DNA of 64,000 nucleotides from positions 10,832 through 74,831 of the forward strand of contig JBKHKD010000007.1 of NCBI GenBank assembly GCA_046537785.1, in the 5' to 3' direction. Position 1 is the stretch's first letter, and each line of letters starts with the position of its first letter. Positions 1 to 12,168 of the stretch are shown here, piece after piece. A program made the translations under genes and the position numbers. The stretch comes from Actinomycetota bacterium (lineage in GTDB: Bacteria; Actinomycetota; Acidimicrobiia; Spongiisociales; ZC4RG35). The notes under the pieces were generated by a model. The model was not told where the DNA came from. It did no database searches and saw nothing but the letters and a program-made list of their open reading frames with translations.

Positions 1-362
1 TCTCCGACGCAGGCGTCGATGCCGCCAGAGGAGCCATCGACGAATTGGTGGAGAGAGGGGAGCTGGAGATGGCAGCCGTGACCTACCTGAGGGGGCGTTC
101 TATCACCGGAGAGTTCGTGATCATCGACGAAGCCCAGAACCTGGAGCTGTCGACCCTGAAGGTGATTCTCACGCGTATGTCTCGTGACTCAAAGGTCGTC
201 TTCTGCGGCGATCTATCCCAGGTGGACAACCCCTACATATCGCCGTATGGAGGCATGGCCGCCCTCGTCGAGAAGTTCAAAGACTCCGCTCTGTTCGCCC
301 ACGTGTCCCTGGAGCGATCGGTCCGCTCGCCCCTGGCGGAGATGGCGGCCACCAGCCTCTAG
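1..362 (+). CDS. PhoH-like ATPase, C-terminal part (5' end outside window)
   Basis: The reading frame is open to the window edge. The motif string YLRGRS...FVIIDEAQNL...TRM..SKVVFCGD..QVD is typical of the PhoH-family NTPase C-terminal half. Confidence 0.75.
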   Translation, partial: SDAGVDAARGAIDELVERGELEMAAVTYLRGRSITGEFVIIDEAQNLELSTLKVILTRMSRDSKVVFCGDLSQVDNPYISPYGGMAALVEKFKDSALFAHVSLERSVRSPLAEMAATSL

Positions 363-373
363 GGGACCGCTTC

Positions 374-2935
374 CTACTTGTCCATCCGGTCGCGGCGGGC
401 CTGGAGCAGCTCGGCGGCACGTTCCAGGGAGATCTTCTCCGGGGAATCGCCTTTTCGCAGTGACGCGTTGACATCGCCGTCGGTGACGTAAGGGCCGTAG
501 CGCCCTGAGCGCACTGTCACCTTCTTGCCGGAGACCGGATCCTCGCCTAACTCCTTCAGCGTGGAGGACCGGGTTTGTCCTCGCCTCTTCGGTGGCTCCG
601 CCAGGAGCTTGAGTGCCTCGTCGACGGTGATCGTGAACAGCTGCTCCTCCGACTCGAGGCTGCGTCGATCGTCACCCCGCTGGATGTAGGGCCCGTAGCG
701 CCCGTTGAGCGCCAGTATCTCGACCCCGTTCTCGTCGGTGCCGATGGTGCGGGGGAGGGAGAGCAGCTTCAGGGCGTCATCGAGGCCGATCTCGTCCATC
801 TCCATGGTTTTGAGAAGCGAGGCGCGCTTCGGCTTTTCCTTCGAGCCTTCCTCCTGCTCTCCGAGCTGCACGTACGGTCCGAAGCGTCCGGTCTTGCCGT
901 AGACGGTGAGACCGCTCTCGGGGTCGGTGCCGAAGATCTTGTCGCCCTTGTTCTGCTCCTCGATGAGCTCGATCGCCTTCTCCACGGTCACCTCGTCCGG
1001 CGCCAGGTCTTCGGGGATCGACCCGCGTTCGTCACCTCGCTCCACATAGGGCCCGTAACGGCCCACACGGGCGACGATCTCGGTTCCCTCGTCGTCCTCC
1101 CCGATGGGGATCGAATTGATCGCTCTCGGGTCGATCTCGTCGAGACGCTTGGCCACCTTCTCTTTCAGCCCGTCGTCACCGAAGTAGAACGCAGAGAGCC
1201 AGGGCACAGTCTCCTCGTCGCCGCTGGCGATCCGGTCCAGGTCGGTCTCCATGGCCGCGGTGAACTCGTAGTCGACGAGGTTGGGGAAGTGCTTTTCGAG
1301 CAGGGTGACCACGCCGAAGGCGGTGAAGGTGGGTACCAGGGCCGAGCCTCTCTTGAAGACGTAGCCCCGGTCCTGGATTGTGGTCATGATCGAGGCATAG
1401 GTCGAGGGCCGGCCGACTCCCAACTCCTCGAGCTTTTGGACCAGCGAGGCCTCGGTATACCGCGACGGCGGTCGGGTCTCGTGTCCTGTGGGCTCGAGGC
1501 GCTCGACAGCCAGATCGTCGCCTTCTTCCAGCGGCGGAAGGATCTTCTCTCTGTCGTCCAACTCGGACTCCGGGTCGTCGCTTCCCTGCACGTAGGCCCG
1601 GAGGAAACCGGGGAAAGTGATGGTCCGCCCCGACGCGCCGAAGAGGACATCCTCACCTGAAGAGGCCATCGCCCCGATGCGAATCGAGACGGTGACACCC
1701 TTGGCGTCGGCCATCTGGGAGGCAACCGTGCGTTTCCAGATCAGGTCGTAGAGGGCCGCCTCGTCACGCCCGACGCTGGCGCCGACCTGTTCCGGGGTCA
1801 GGAAGTCGCCGGCAGGACGGATCGCCTCGTGGGCCTCCTGGGCGCCCTTGGCCTGTTTCCCGGAGTACTTCCGCGGGGAAGGGGAGAGGTATTCCTTGCC
1901 GTAGAGCTTGCTGATCTGGGAGCGGGACGCGGCGATAGCGGCATCGGAGAGCTCGACAGAGTCGCTCCGCATGTAGGTGATGTAGCCGTTCTCGTACAGG
2001 CGTTGGGCAACCGACATGGTGCGCGAGGAGGAGAAACGCAGCTTGCGGCCGGCTTCCTGTTGCAGAGTCGAGGTCCGGAACGGGGGATAGGGTCGGCGGG
2101 TGTAGGGCTTCGACTCCACGGACACGACCTCGAAGTCCGATTCCTGGAGATTGGTGGCCAGTTCGGTGGACGCTCCCTGGTCGAGGACCACGACGTCCTT
2201 GTTCGCCTTGCCCTTCGAGTCGAAGTCCTTACCGGTCGCCACCCGTTTGTCGTCGATGGAGAGGAGAGTGGCGTCGAACGTCTTGTCCAGGTCGTCGGCG
2301 GGGGCAAACGACCCCTCAATGGACCAGTAGCCGGCGGGCACGAACGCCATCCGTTCCCGCTCCCTTTCCACGACGATGCGCACGGCCACGCTCTGAACAC
2401 GGCCGGCGGAGAGCTTGGGCTGGACCTTCTTCCAGAGCACGGGGGAAACCTCGTAGCCGTAGAGGCGGTCGAGGATGCGACGTGCTTCCTGTGCCGATAC
2501 GAGCCGATCGTCGAGGTCACGGGGGTTGGAGAAGGCCTCTTCTATGGCGGGCTTGGTGATTTCGTGGAAGACCATTCGCTTGACGGGCACCTTCGGCTTG
2601 AGCACCTCCACGAGATGCCAGGCGATGGCCTCTCCTTCCCGGTCCTCGTCGGTGGCCAGGTAGAGCTCGTCGACATCGTTGAGCATGTCTTTGAGCTTCT
2701 TGACGTGGCTCTTGCGCTCTTTGGGGACGACGTAGAGGGGCTCGAAGTCGTCGTCCACATTCACCCCGAGGCGCGCCCAGTCCTCTCCCTTGACCTTGGC
2801 GGGGATCTCCGAAGCCGACCGGGGGAGGTCGCGGATGTGGCCCATCGACGACTCGACGGTGGCGTCAGGACCCAAGAAAGACGAGATAGTTCGGGCCTTT
2901 GTGGGCGATTCGACTATTACGAGACTCTTCGGCAT
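374..2935 (-). CDS. topA: DNA topoisomerase I
   Basis: It has a Toprim N-terminus (MPKSLVIVESPTKA), a DEDREGE motif, and repeated GRYGPY/GRFGPY C-terminal modules. I trimmed the track ORF (to 3139) to the ATG at 2935; the upstream 68 aa are Pro/Arg/Ser-rich. Confidence 0.95.
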   Translation of the reverse strand: MPKSLVIVESPTKARTISSFLGPDATVESSMGHIRDLPRSASEIPAKVKGEDWARLGVNVDDDFEPLYVVPKERKSHVKKLKDMLNDVDELYLATDEDREGEAIAWHLVEVLKPKVPVKRMVFHEITKPAIEEAFSNPRDLDDRLVSAQEARRILDRLYGYEVSPVLWKKVQPKLSAGRVQSVAVRIVVERERERMAFVPAGYWSIEGSFAPADDLDKTFDATLLSIDDKRVATGKDFDSKGKANKDVVVLDQGASTELATNLQESDFEVVSVESKPYTRRPYPPFRTSTLQQEAGRKLRFSSSRTMSVAQRLYENGYITYMRSDSVELSDAAIAASRSQISKLYGKEYLSPSPRKYSGKQAKGAQEAHEAIRPAGDFLTPEQVGASVGRDEAALYDLIWKRTVASQMADAKGVTVSIRIGAMASSGEDVLFGASGRTITFPGFLRAYVQGSDDPESELDDREKILPPLEEGDDLAVERLEPTGHETRPPSRYTEASLVQKLEELGVGRPSTYASIMTTIQDRGYVFKRGSALVPTFTAFGVVTLLEKHFPNLVDYEFTAAMETDLDRIASGDEETVPWLSAFYFGDDGLKEKVAKRLDEIDPRAINSIPIGEDDEGTEIVARVGRYGPYVERGDERGSIPEDLAPDEVTVEKAIELIEEQNKGDKIFGTDPESGLTVYGKTGRFGPYVQLGEQEEGSKEKPKRASLLKTMEMDEIGLDDALKLLSLPRTIGTDENGVEILALNGRYGPYIQRGDDRRSLESEEQLFTITVDEALKLLAEPPKRRGQTRSSTLKELGEDPVSGKKVTVRSGRYGPYVTDGDVNASLRKGDSPEKISLERAAELLQARRDRMDK

Positions 2936-3014
2936 TGGGGGGCAGTTGACACCAGTTCCCGCCCTTATGTCAATCTTTGGCTGTCTGTCACCCGGGCTGG
3001 TTACCGTGTTCGCC

Positions 3015-3602
3015 GTGACCAAATACATCGCCCTGGAAGGGGTGGACGGGAGCGGCAAGAGCACCGTGGGGAGAGCTCTGGTGGAGCGTTTGGGCAACCT
3101 TGGAGAGGAGGCGATCCTGGTCCGCGAGCCCGGCGGCACCGATGTCGGTGAGGCAGTCCGGCGTCTGTTGCTCGACTCCGATTCGCTCGATCACTGGGCT
3201 GAAGTGTTCTTGTTTGCCGCGCAGCGCGCCGAACTTGCCCGTGAGGTGATCGCGCCGGCTCTGGAGGAAGGGAAGTGGGTTGTCTCCGATCGCACCTATT
3301 ACTCGTCGATCGCCTATCAGGGCCGGGCCCGGAGCCTTGGCGAAGATACCGTGAGGTCGATCAACGAGACCGGTCTCGAGGGGGTGCTACCCGATCATGT
3401 CTTCGTTCTCGATGTGGAGCCCGATGTCGCCCTCGCCCGTCAGGATCGCCCCGACCGGATCGGCAAGGAGGGAGTCGAGTTTCAGGCGGCGGTCCGCTCG
3501 TGCTACCTCGACCTGGCCGACACCGAGGAGAAAGTCGTGGTGGTCGATGGAACCATGTCGGTCGAAGACACGGTCGAGAGGATCCTGGAGATCGTGAGAT
3601 GA
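3015..3602 (+). CDS. tmk: thymidylate kinase
   Basis: It has the P-loop ALEGVDGSGKST, LVREPGGT and SDRTYYSSIAYQG. The start is ambiguous (ATG 2967, GTG 3006 or GTG 3015). The stop overlaps the holB start (ATGA). Confidence 0.85.
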   Translation: MTKYIALEGVDGSGKSTVGRALVERLGNLGEEAILVREPGGTDVGEAVRRLLLDSDSLDHWAEVFLFAAQRAELAREVIAPALEEGKWVVSDRTYYSSIAYQGRARSLGEDTVRSINETGLEGVLPDHVFVLDVEPDVALARQDRPDRIGKEGVEFQAAVRSCYLDLADTEEKVVVVDGTMSVEDTVERILEIVR

Positions 3603-4621
3603 GCGACCTTTATGCCGACGTCATCGGCCACGACGCGATCCTGAGTCTGTTGCGGGCGGAGATCGAGCACCCCGCCCAGGCCTACCTGTTCGTCGGTCCC
3701 GAGTCGATCGGCAAGGAGGCGGTGGCGCTTCGCTTCGCTACCGCATTGCTGGGCGGTGCTGACGACGAGAGGGCGCGACGCCTCGCCCTGATGCGCGCCC
3801 ATCCCGATCTTCAGGTCCTCGAGCCGGAGGGTGCGGCCAGTCTGGGTGTCGACCAGGCCCGCGATGTGATCTCCCGGGCTTCCATGTCCCCCGTGGAGGC
3901 CTCCCGGAGTGTCTTCTTGTTCCCCGATGCGGGGGCCATGACCGAACAGGCCGCCAATGCGTTGCTGAAGACCCTCGAGGAGCCGTCGCCACAGGTGGTG
4001 TTTCTCCTGGTGGCCGGCTCTGAGGACGACTTCCCGCCCACTGTTGCGTCCCGGTGCCGGACCATTCACATGGGCCGGGTTCCAGTTCCCGACATCGTCG
4101 AGGCACTTCGGGCACGCGGACTTTCCGAGGACGATGCCTCCGGCGTGGCGGTGGTGTCCGGGGGACGCCCCGGTCTTGCCCTCGCGTTGATGAGTCAGCC
4201 GGAAGTAGCCAGGTTCAGGGAGATGTGGTTGTCGCTTCCGGGCAAGGTGACTCCGCATCCCGGCGACGGGCAGCGTCTGGCCATGGAGCTTTTGGAGGAG
4301 CTGGCGCCCCTGGTCGACCAGTCGGTCCCCGACGATTTGCCCAAGGACAAGGCGCAGCGGGCCAAGCGGCGTGCCGAGATGTCATTGCTGGTGAGCGGGT
4401 TGGAGATTCTCGCCTCCTGGTACTCGGACTCGGCCTCGCTTCAGCTCGGCGGGCCGATCCGCAACAGCGATCTGAATCTAGCTGCGTTCACCGACGTCCC
4501 GCCGCGCCGGGCGGTGTTATCGGCCGAGCAGGTGCTCGACGCCGTGGTCGACATCCACGCCAACCTCCGCCGGGAGCTGGTCCTCGCCAACCTGTTCGCC
4601 TCTTTGGGCTCGGAGGGTTGA
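3599..4621 (+). CDS. holB: DNA polymerase III delta' subunit (clamp-loader AAA+)
   Basis: AYLFVGPESIGKEAVA and LKTLEEP are typical of delta'. The ATG at 3599 overlaps the tmk stop. The part of the track ORF upstream of 3599 is an Arg-rich off-frame artefact. Confidence 0.8.
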   Translation: MSDLYADVIGHDAILSLLRAEIEHPAQAYLFVGPESIGKEAVALRFATALLGGADDERARRLALMRAHPDLQVLEPEGAASLGVDQARDVISRASMSPVEASRSVFLFPDAGAMTEQAANALLKTLEEPSPQVVFLLVAGSEDDFPPTVASRCRTIHMGRVPVPDIVEALRARGLSEDDASGVAVVSGGRPGLALALMSQPEVARFREMWLSLPGKVTPHPGDGQRLAMELLEELAPLVDQSVPDDLPKDKAQRAKRRAEMSLLVSGLEILASWYSDSASLQLGGPIRNSDLNLAAFTDVPPRRAVLSAEQVLDAVVDIHANLRRELVLANLFASLGSEG

Positions 4622-4783
4622 CAGAGGCGTTTCTGTCCTCGTCCTCGTGCAGGGTGAATCTCAGACTTAAGCCCCCCGCCAACGGTCAGAAGAGGCTTAT
4701 CCGATGTGCCAGTGATTTCACCGAAATCTAGAACCTCATCGGGCTGGCTCAATATCTGGAGGTTGAATACCATCGTCATCCCG

Positions 4784-4855
4784 GCCGGAGTAGCTCAGTG
4801 GTAGAGCGAGCGCCTCGTAAGCGCTAGGCCAGGGGTTCGATCCCCCTCTCCGGCT
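4784..4855 (+). tRNA. tRNA-Thr (anticodon CGT)
   Basis: I folded the cloverleaf by hand: acceptor GCCGGAG/CTCCGGC, D arm GCTC..GAGC, anticodon stem AGCGC/GCGCT with loop CTCGTAA, T arm AGGGG-TTCGATC-CCCCT. No CCA is encoded. Confidence 0.9.
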
Positions 4856-4862
4856 CTCACTC

Positions 4863-5366
4863 CTAACCGAAGGCCTTTTGCATCCAGCTTTCGGCGGTTC
4901 CATCGAATGGTCCAGCGCCTGCCCGCAGGAGCGTGGCGGCTTGGCTGGCCGCTTCGATGGCTCCCTGAACTAACTCGTCGGGGTAGCCGTAGGTGGCGCG
5001 GTTCCCTTCAAACTCCTCCTGGTCGATGATCTCCACGCTGCCGTCCAGCCGACAAATGACGTCGAGGTCCAGATCGATGAAGGTGAGACGGGAGCCGTCC
5101 CACTCGGGCGGGGTGGCGATGTCGACGTATACCGAAAGCTCGGGGTGAGTCGAATAGAAACTGGCGACCCACCACTCGTCCACCGGGGCTAGCGCCACGA
5201 AACCCCCCGGTAGCGGCCACGGCTCGTCCTCTCCCCGCGTGACGATCGTCCCGGCTGGTACATGAATCCATGCACCAGCCACGTCTCGACCCAGCCATCG
5301 GGCCTCGAGTTGGTAGTGCTCGCGGTCGGGCCATTTGCGCTGATCGACGTGCACGAGGTCGGCCAC
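4863..5366 (-). CDS. DUF402 domain protein (Ntdp/FomD-like fold)
   Basis: The core WWVASFYSTHPELSVYVDIATPPEW...TFIDLDLDV resembles the DUF402 family. I prefer the GTG at 5366 over the ATG at 5459, because 5459 would leave only 21 bp to the divergent sigH. Confidence 0.65.
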   Translation of the reverse strand: MADLVHVDQRKWPDREHYQLEARWLGRDVAGAWIHVPAGTIVTRGEDEPWPLPGGFVALAPVDEWWVASFYSTHPELSVYVDIATPPEWDGSRLTFIDLDLDVICRLDGSVEIIDQEEFEGNRATYGYPDELVQGAIEAASQAATLLRAGAGPFDGTAESWMQKAFG

Positions 5367-5480
5367 GCCCGAAACCCTATCCGGAGCGCATTCCGTATCG
5401 CTTCGCGCCACGTGGTGCCGCGCGAACCCGCACAGCCCTGAAGTCGTCGCATTTTTCACCCCCGGCTACCGTCCAAACCG

Positions 5481-6059
5481 ATGGCCGATCAGGCGAACTT
5501 CGAGCGCGACGCGATGCAATATTCCCGCCAGCTCTACTCGGCTGCGATGCGGATGGCCCGTAATCCCGCCGATGCAGAGGACCTCGTACAGGAGACCTTC
5601 TTGAAGGCTTATCGGGCCTACGACACCTTCGAGGAGGGCACCAATCTCAAGGCGTGGCTATATCGCATCCTCACCAACACCTACATCAACAAATACCGGA
5701 AAGACTCCCGGCGCCCGACCGAGACCGATCTGGAGGACGTCGAGGACCTCTACCTGTACCGGCGTCTCGGGTCGGAGGACACGATCGATGTTTCACGTAC
5801 TACCGAGGATCAGGTGCTCGACAGCCTCGTCGAGTCGGACATCAAGGCGGCTGTGGAGGAGCTACCCGAGAACTTCCGGATACCTGTTCTCCTCGCCGAC
5901 CTGGAGGGATTCTCCTACAAGGAAATCGCCGAGATCCTCGACATTCCGATCGGTACGGTTATGTCCCGGCTCCATCGCGGAAGAAAAGCGATGCAGAAGA
6001 GGTTGTGGGAATTTGCAAGCCAGCGAGGACTCATACCGGAGGACGCTGAGAGACCATGA
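5481..6059 (+). CDS. sigH: ECF sigma factor, SigH/SigR type
   Basis: It has sigma-70 region 2 ([14 protein letters not shown]) and region 4 ([25 protein letters not shown]). It is followed by a translationally coupled ZAS anti-sigma factor gene. Confidence 0.85.
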   Translation: MADQANFERDAMQYSRQLYSAAMRMARNPADAEDLVQETFLKAYRAYDTFEEGTNLKAWLYRILTNTYINKYRKDSRRPTETDLEDVEDLYLYRRLGSEDTIDVSRTTEDQVLDSLVESDIKAAVEELPENFRIPVLLADLEGFSYKEIAEILDIPIGTVMSRLHRGRKAMQKRLWEFASQRGLIPEDAERP

Positions 6060-6289
6060 GCAACGAATGCGGAGAGGCACGGGACCAGATCTATCAGTAC
6101 CTCGACGCTGAGTTGGATGAGGACACCGCGGCAGCAGTGCGCATTCATCTGGACGACTGTCCGGGTTGTTTGAAGTCGTTCGACTTCGAGCGTCGGCTCA
6201 AGGGCGTGGTCCGCAGATGTCTCACCGAGGACATGCCCGAGAGGCTTGAGACCAGGGTGCGCGAGCTCATCCGGCGGGAGACTGCCTGA
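6056..6289 (+). CDS. rshA: zinc-binding anti-sigma factor (ZAS, RsrA/RshA type)
   Basis: It is 77 aa and carries the HxxxCxxC motif (HLDDCPGC) plus an upstream Cys. Its ATG overlaps the sigH stop. Confidence 0.85.
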   Translation: MSNECGEARDQIYQYLDAELDEDTAAAVRIHLDDCPGCLKSFDFERRLKGVVRRCLTEDMPERLETRVRELIRRETA

Positions 6290-6351
6290 ACCGCTCATTT
6301 CGGGTTTCGGGTAGTTCGCCCGGCGTTGGAGTGGCTTGTAGGCTTCGCCGC

Positions 6352-6669
6352 ATGAGTCGTACGCGTCGCAACTCACTTATGGTCTTGCTCGTCGGCATTC
6401 TCATCGTCGGGTCTTCGCTCGTGGCGATTGCCGCTGAGGAGGGTGGCGAGGAGGATGGAGCCGCCGACACGACGACCACGACGATCGACAGCGGTCTCGA
6501 GCCCGCAGTGTCGATGAACGGCGAGTCGCCTGTCGAGCCCCAACCCGAGTGGACTTACCGCTATCTGGTTCCGACCGGCCTGGCTCTGGCCGCCGTCATC
6601 GTTATCTTCACCGCTATCAAGTACTTCACCGACGTTGTGCGCAAGCGGTACCGCATCGTCGACGAGTGA
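6352..6669 (+). CDS. small membrane protein (N-terminal signal/TM, acidic Thr-rich linker, C-terminal TM)
   Basis: Two hydrophobic segments are present and GC3 is good. I recognise no family. The start could be GTG 6331 or ATG 6352. Confidence 0.5.
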   Translation: MSRTRRNSLMVLLVGILIVGSSLVAIAAEEGGEEDGAADTTTTTIDSGLEPAVSMNGESPVEPQPEWTYRYLVPTGLALAAVIVIFTAIKYFTDVVRKRYRIVDE

Positions 6670-7709
6670 CCTCTCAACGGCCCGGACGCGGCCGGCTCTC
6701 TAATCGGTTGGCGGGAACCTATCCACTCGCCGAGACCTACCACTCCCGATATTTGGCGGAGCAGATGGAGGACGTGACGCGTGAGGTGTCCGAGATCGTG
6801 CCCGCCGCCACCGGGCTGAGTCTGCCCGGTTCTCCATCGACCGTCGTGATCGATCGTGGGGAGTGGATCGATCGCAATGTCGCCACGTTCGGACACCTGA
6901 CCGAGCCGGCGCGGCGAAAGCTCGAGGAGCGGATGAAGGAGTCGGGAACCCGCGGCCAGACGGCAGCCGCGATCGCCAAGCGGGTCATGGCAGCCGAGAC
7001 CCGGGGGGTGCTCAGCATCCTGGCACGTCGAGTGTTAGGTCAGTACGAGCTCGTGCTCCCCACAGGTGGGCCCGGTGACACCGTTTCATACGTCGGGCCC
7101 AACATCCTCCAAATGGAACGAACCCATCAGTTCAAGCCGGCCGAGTTCCGCTACTGGGTCGCATTACATGAGCTGACTCACAGGGCACAGTTCCAGGGCA
7201 TCCCCTGGATGCGTGACTACTTCATGGGTCTCGTGACCGAGCTTGTGGAGAGTTCCCAGCCGGTGTCCGGCGCCCTGGGGCGGGTCATCGAAGAGATCAC
7301 TTCGCGAAAGGCAAGCGGGCGGCCGATTCTCGACGAGCGCGGGCTCCTCGGGTTATTCGGCTCGCCGGAGCAGAACGCCGTAGTAGACAAGGTCCAGGCT
7401 CTTATGTGTCTTCTTGAGGGGCACGGACACGTCGTCATGGATCGGGTGGGGTCGGAGCGTTTGCGCTCCCAGGACCGGATGAGCCGCGTGCTCAAAGGGC
7501 GCCGCCACGACAAGAGGACCGCGGCGTTCTTCCGTCTCACCGGCCTCGAGATGAAGATGAAGCAGTACAAGCTCGGCGAGAGGTTCGTCCTCGACATCGA
7601 GCGTGAAGCGGGATGGGAGACGATCAACATCGCCTTCCGGGGGGCCAGCAGCCTGCCTGATCTCGATGAGATCGAGAACCCGAAGAAGTGGCTGAGACGC
7701 GTCGCCTGA
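6666..7709 (+). CDS. zinc-dependent metalloprotease, DUF2342 family
   Basis: It has an HExxH motif (ALHELTHRAQF) and the overall DUF2342-like sequence common in Actinobacteria. The GTG at 6666 overlaps the preceding stop (GTGA). Confidence 0.75.
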   Translation: MTSQRPGRGRLSNRLAGTYPLAETYHSRYLAEQMEDVTREVSEIVPAATGLSLPGSPSTVVIDRGEWIDRNVATFGHLTEPARRKLEERMKESGTRGQTAAAIAKRVMAAETRGVLSILARRVLGQYELVLPTGGPGDTVSYVGPNILQMERTHQFKPAEFRYWVALHELTHRAQFQGIPWMRDYFMGLVTELVESSQPVSGALGRVIEEITSRKASGRPILDERGLLGLFGSPEQNAVVDKVQALMCLLEGHGHVVMDRVGSERLRSQDRMSRVLKGRRHDKRTAAFFRLTGLEMKMKQYKLGERFVLDIEREAGWETINIAFRGASSLPDLDEIENPKKWLRRVA

Positions 7710-8581
7710 GTGAGCTGGTCTCCGGGGCGCAGCAGAGACTCGTCCTTCCGGAAGGGCCCGTCGAAGTAGCCCTCTCGGGAGGCGCCGACTCGGCATCTCT
7801 CGCCTATCTGTGCCTAGAGAGCGGCCTCGATGTTCGCGCCCTGCACATCGACCACCAGCTCCCGGCGTCTCCGATGATGGCCCGAGCGGCCGGGGACATC
7901 GCCGGAAAGCTGGGCATCGAGCTGGAGGTGAGGCAGGTGACCCTCGCTGAAGGACCTTCGCCAGAGGAACAGGCCCGGGAGGCTCGGTATGCAGAGCTGG
8001 CCGAGCGCGCAGGCGCAATTCTGACCGGACACACCCGTGACGACAGCATCGAGACGATGCTGATCAACCTCATCCGTGGCACCGGGCCGACCGGGCTGAC
8101 GGGGATTCCTTCGTTCCGTCCGCCCAACATCTACCGGCCGATGCTCGCGGTTACCCGCAGCGAGACGAGGGAGATCGCCACCCTGGCCGGACTTCCCTTC
8201 GTCGACGACCCGATGAACGAGGACCTCTCGTTGACCAGGAACCGGATCCGCCTCGAACTGCTGCCCGTAATGAGGGAGCTGAATCCTCAGGTCGAGGCGG
8301 CGTTGGCCCGCACCGCGGCCACTCTCGAAAGAGACAGGGTGTATCTCGAGGAACGTGCCGACGAGCACTTCGGACGGGCGCTACCGGTATCGGCCGTTAC
8401 CACACTTCCCCCTGCCCTGGCCGATCGCGTTCTCTGTCGCGCCCTGGAAGAGAACGGCATCGGCCCGACCTCGGACCGGATCGGCAGAATGTGGTCCGTG
8501 GCGTCGGGCGAGAGCGAACGCCAGGAGTTAGCCGCGGGCCGGGTGGTGGTCCGACGCGGGGCCCTGTTGGTCATCGAGTAG
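7688..8581 (+). CDS. tilS: tRNA(Ile)-lysidine synthase
   Basis: It has the PP-loop ALSGGADSASL, and the tilS-hpt-ftsH synteny is conserved. Confidence 0.9.
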   Translation: MAETRRLSELVSGAQQRLVLPEGPVEVALSGGADSASLAYLCLESGLDVRALHIDHQLPASPMMARAAGDIAGKLGIELEVRQVTLAEGPSPEEQAREARYAELAERAGAILTGHTRDDSIETMLINLIRGTGPTGLTGIPSFRPPNIYRPMLAVTRSETREIATLAGLPFVDDPMNEDLSLTRNRIRLELLPVMRELNPQVEAALARTAATLERDRVYLEERADEHFGRALPVSAVTTLPPALADRVLCRALEENGIGPTSDRIGRMWSVASGESERQELAAGRVVVRRGALLVIE

Positions 8582-8652
8582 TCGACTCGGTGGAAACCTT
8601 CTCTGTCGATTACCTTTCCGTTCACCACCACAGCACCAGGGGATAAACAAGG

Positions 8653-9174
8653 ATGGACATCAAGCCGCTTATCACGGCCGAGGAGATCGAAACCAAGCTG
8701 GAGGAACTCGGCAGGCAGATCTCAGAGGACTACGCCGGCAAGGACCTGCTCCTGGTGGGGGTTCTGCGCGGGGCATTCATGGTGATGGCAGACCTGGCTC
8801 GTCACATCGACCTGCCCTGTGAGTTCGACTTCATGGCCGTCTCCTCATACGGCGCCTCCACACAAACCTCCGGTGTGGTGCGCATCCTCAAGGACCTCGA
8901 CGAAGAGATCGAGGGTCGCCATGTTCTCATCGTCGAAGACATCATCGACTCGGGGTTGACTCTCAACTACCTCATCAAGAGTCTCAACGTGCGCAAGCCT
9001 GAGTCCCTCGAGATCGCAGCGCTGCTCCTCAAGGAGGGGATCCAGAGGGTCCGGATCGACGTCAAGTACGTGGCTTTCTCCATAGGACCCGAGTTCGTCG
9101 TCGGCTATGGCCTCGACTATGCGGGCAAGTACAGAAACCTTCCCTACGTGGGAGTGATGGGCGAAGAAGCCTGA
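8653..9174 (+). CDS. hpt: hypoxanthine phosphoribosyltransferase
   Basis: It has the PRPP-binding motif VLIVEDIIDSGLT and matches the family in length and position. Confidence 0.9.
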   Translation: MDIKPLITAEEIETKLEELGRQISEDYAGKDLLLVGVLRGAFMVMADLARHIDLPCEFDFMAVSSYGASTQTSGVVRILKDLDEEIEGRHVLIVEDIIDSGLTLNYLIKSLNVRKPESLEIAALLLKEGIQRVRIDVKYVAFSIGPEFVVGYGLDYAGKYRNLPYVGVMGEEA

Positions 9175-9274
9175 GAACCCATCGCCGGAAGACGACACAG
9201 GGGTTCGACTATTCGGTCAATCGACGTACCATCTAGGGAAGCCCACCCAAGACCCACGCAAGAACCGAGGCTTA

Positions 9275-11275
<2,001 letters not shown>

Positions 11276-11280
11276 CCGGG

Positions 11281-11309
11281 GTCCCGCGCTTGAAACGTCA
11301 GAGCGGGAC
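11281..11309. terminator. hairpin between convergent ftsH and GNAT genes
   Basis: A GTCCCGC...GCGGGAC stem sits in the 58-bp convergent gap. There is no clear U-tract. Confidence 0.35.
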
Positions 11310-11333
11310 GAGCTGAGTTCTCTTCCCCGATGG

Positions 11334-12110
11334 TCAGGAGATCGGGTCTCCGACTCGGAGCCTCACAACGGTGTCCCGATCCCTGACCTCGATTGATTCG
11401 AAACCTCGTTTTTCATACATCGAGCGGGGCCCTCGGTAGTTGGCCGCGTCGGAGTCCTCGGGATCGTTGTATGGGTAGGCCTCGACCCAGGAGGCGCCCC
11501 GGTCGGGAGCGTCCTGGATGACACGATCGAGGAGCCGGTCGGCGATGCCGTGTCGACGGTATGGCGGCGCGATGACGAAACAAGACACTCCGATCACTTT
11601 CTCTGCCGGAGCCCGGTCGTCGGCGGGCCGATAGTAGGGGCTGTAGTCGGAGCGTTTCGAGGCGTTGACCCATGCCGCCGGTTTGTCGTCGACGTAGGCC
11701 AAATAACCGAAGGCTTCGCCGCCGCAAAGGCGACTGGCCATGGCGGCCCGGGTCTTCTGCCATGGAGTCGGCTCGGACTCCTCTTCCTGTTCTCCCGTCG
11801 GCCGAACATGCGGCTCGAGGCAGTAGCAGTCCGCCCACGCTGGATTCCCGGCGAAGGCGTCATGGTCGAAGAAGTCAAGCCAGTCTTCTGTCCGATCAGG
11901 GGTCACCGGGCGGATCACCGGATCTGGGATGTCTGCGAGGCGCTCCGACGCTCCGGTCAGCCTCTGGGTGGCCTCGGCATAGTTGCGGATGCTCTGGTCG
12001 GGATACGGCCAATCATGTCGGGAGCGAGCGTGAGCCACGAAGGCGTCGCCCAGTTCGGACAGGGCGGATGCTGTGACGGTCTGGCCGCATTCAAAGCATT
12101 GCAATTCCAT
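11334..12110 (-). CDS. GNAT N-acetyltransferase with N-terminal DUF1059-like module
   Basis: The C-terminal half has an acetyl-CoA binding-like motif (YRRHGIADRLLD). The N-terminus (MELQCFECG...AHARSRHDW) resembles small DUF1059 metal-binding proteins. Confidence 0.7.
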   Translation of the reverse strand: MELQCFECGQTVTASALSELGDAFVAHARSRHDWPYPDQSIRNYAEATQRLTGASERLADIPDPVIRPVTPDRTEDWLDFFDHDAFAGNPAWADCYCLEPHVRPTGEQEEESEPTPWQKTRAAMASRLCGGEAFGYLAYVDDKPAAWVNASKRSDYSPYYRPADDRAPAEKVIGVSCFVIAPPYRRHGIADRLLDRVIQDAPDRGASWVEAYPYNDPEDSDAANYRGPRSMYEKRGFESIEVRDRDTVVRLRVGDPIS

Positions 12111-12168
12111 GATGTTCCGAACGGTATCGGTGATAACGGACAGAAAATGTCCGCTATCTTCCCTGATT

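Noticed and set aside
575-3151. Plus-strand ORFs 575-1660 (361 aa) and 1829-3151 (440 aa).
   Set aside because: Both are antisense to topA and have low-complexity Leu/Gly/Arg/Val-rich translations. They are shadow frames.
3275-3598. An N-terminal 108-aa extension of the holB track ORF.
   Set aside because: It overlaps tmk in another frame and is Arg/Gly/Pro-rich. The holB homology begins at the ATG at 3599, which forms an ATGA overlap with the tmk stop.
4622-4783. A lower-GC 160-bp spacer between holB and tRNA-Thr(CGT), considered as a possible small RNA.
   Set aside because: Only a weak 6-bp stem (TAAGCC/GGCTTA) with a 20-nt loop is present, and I recognise no motif. The evidence is insufficient.
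5367-5459. The longer N-terminus of the DUF402 gene, starting at the ATG at 5459.
   Set aside because: It would leave only 21 bp for two divergent promoters with sigH. The extension ([31 protein letters not shown]) lacks family similarity. I cannot exclude it without comparative data.
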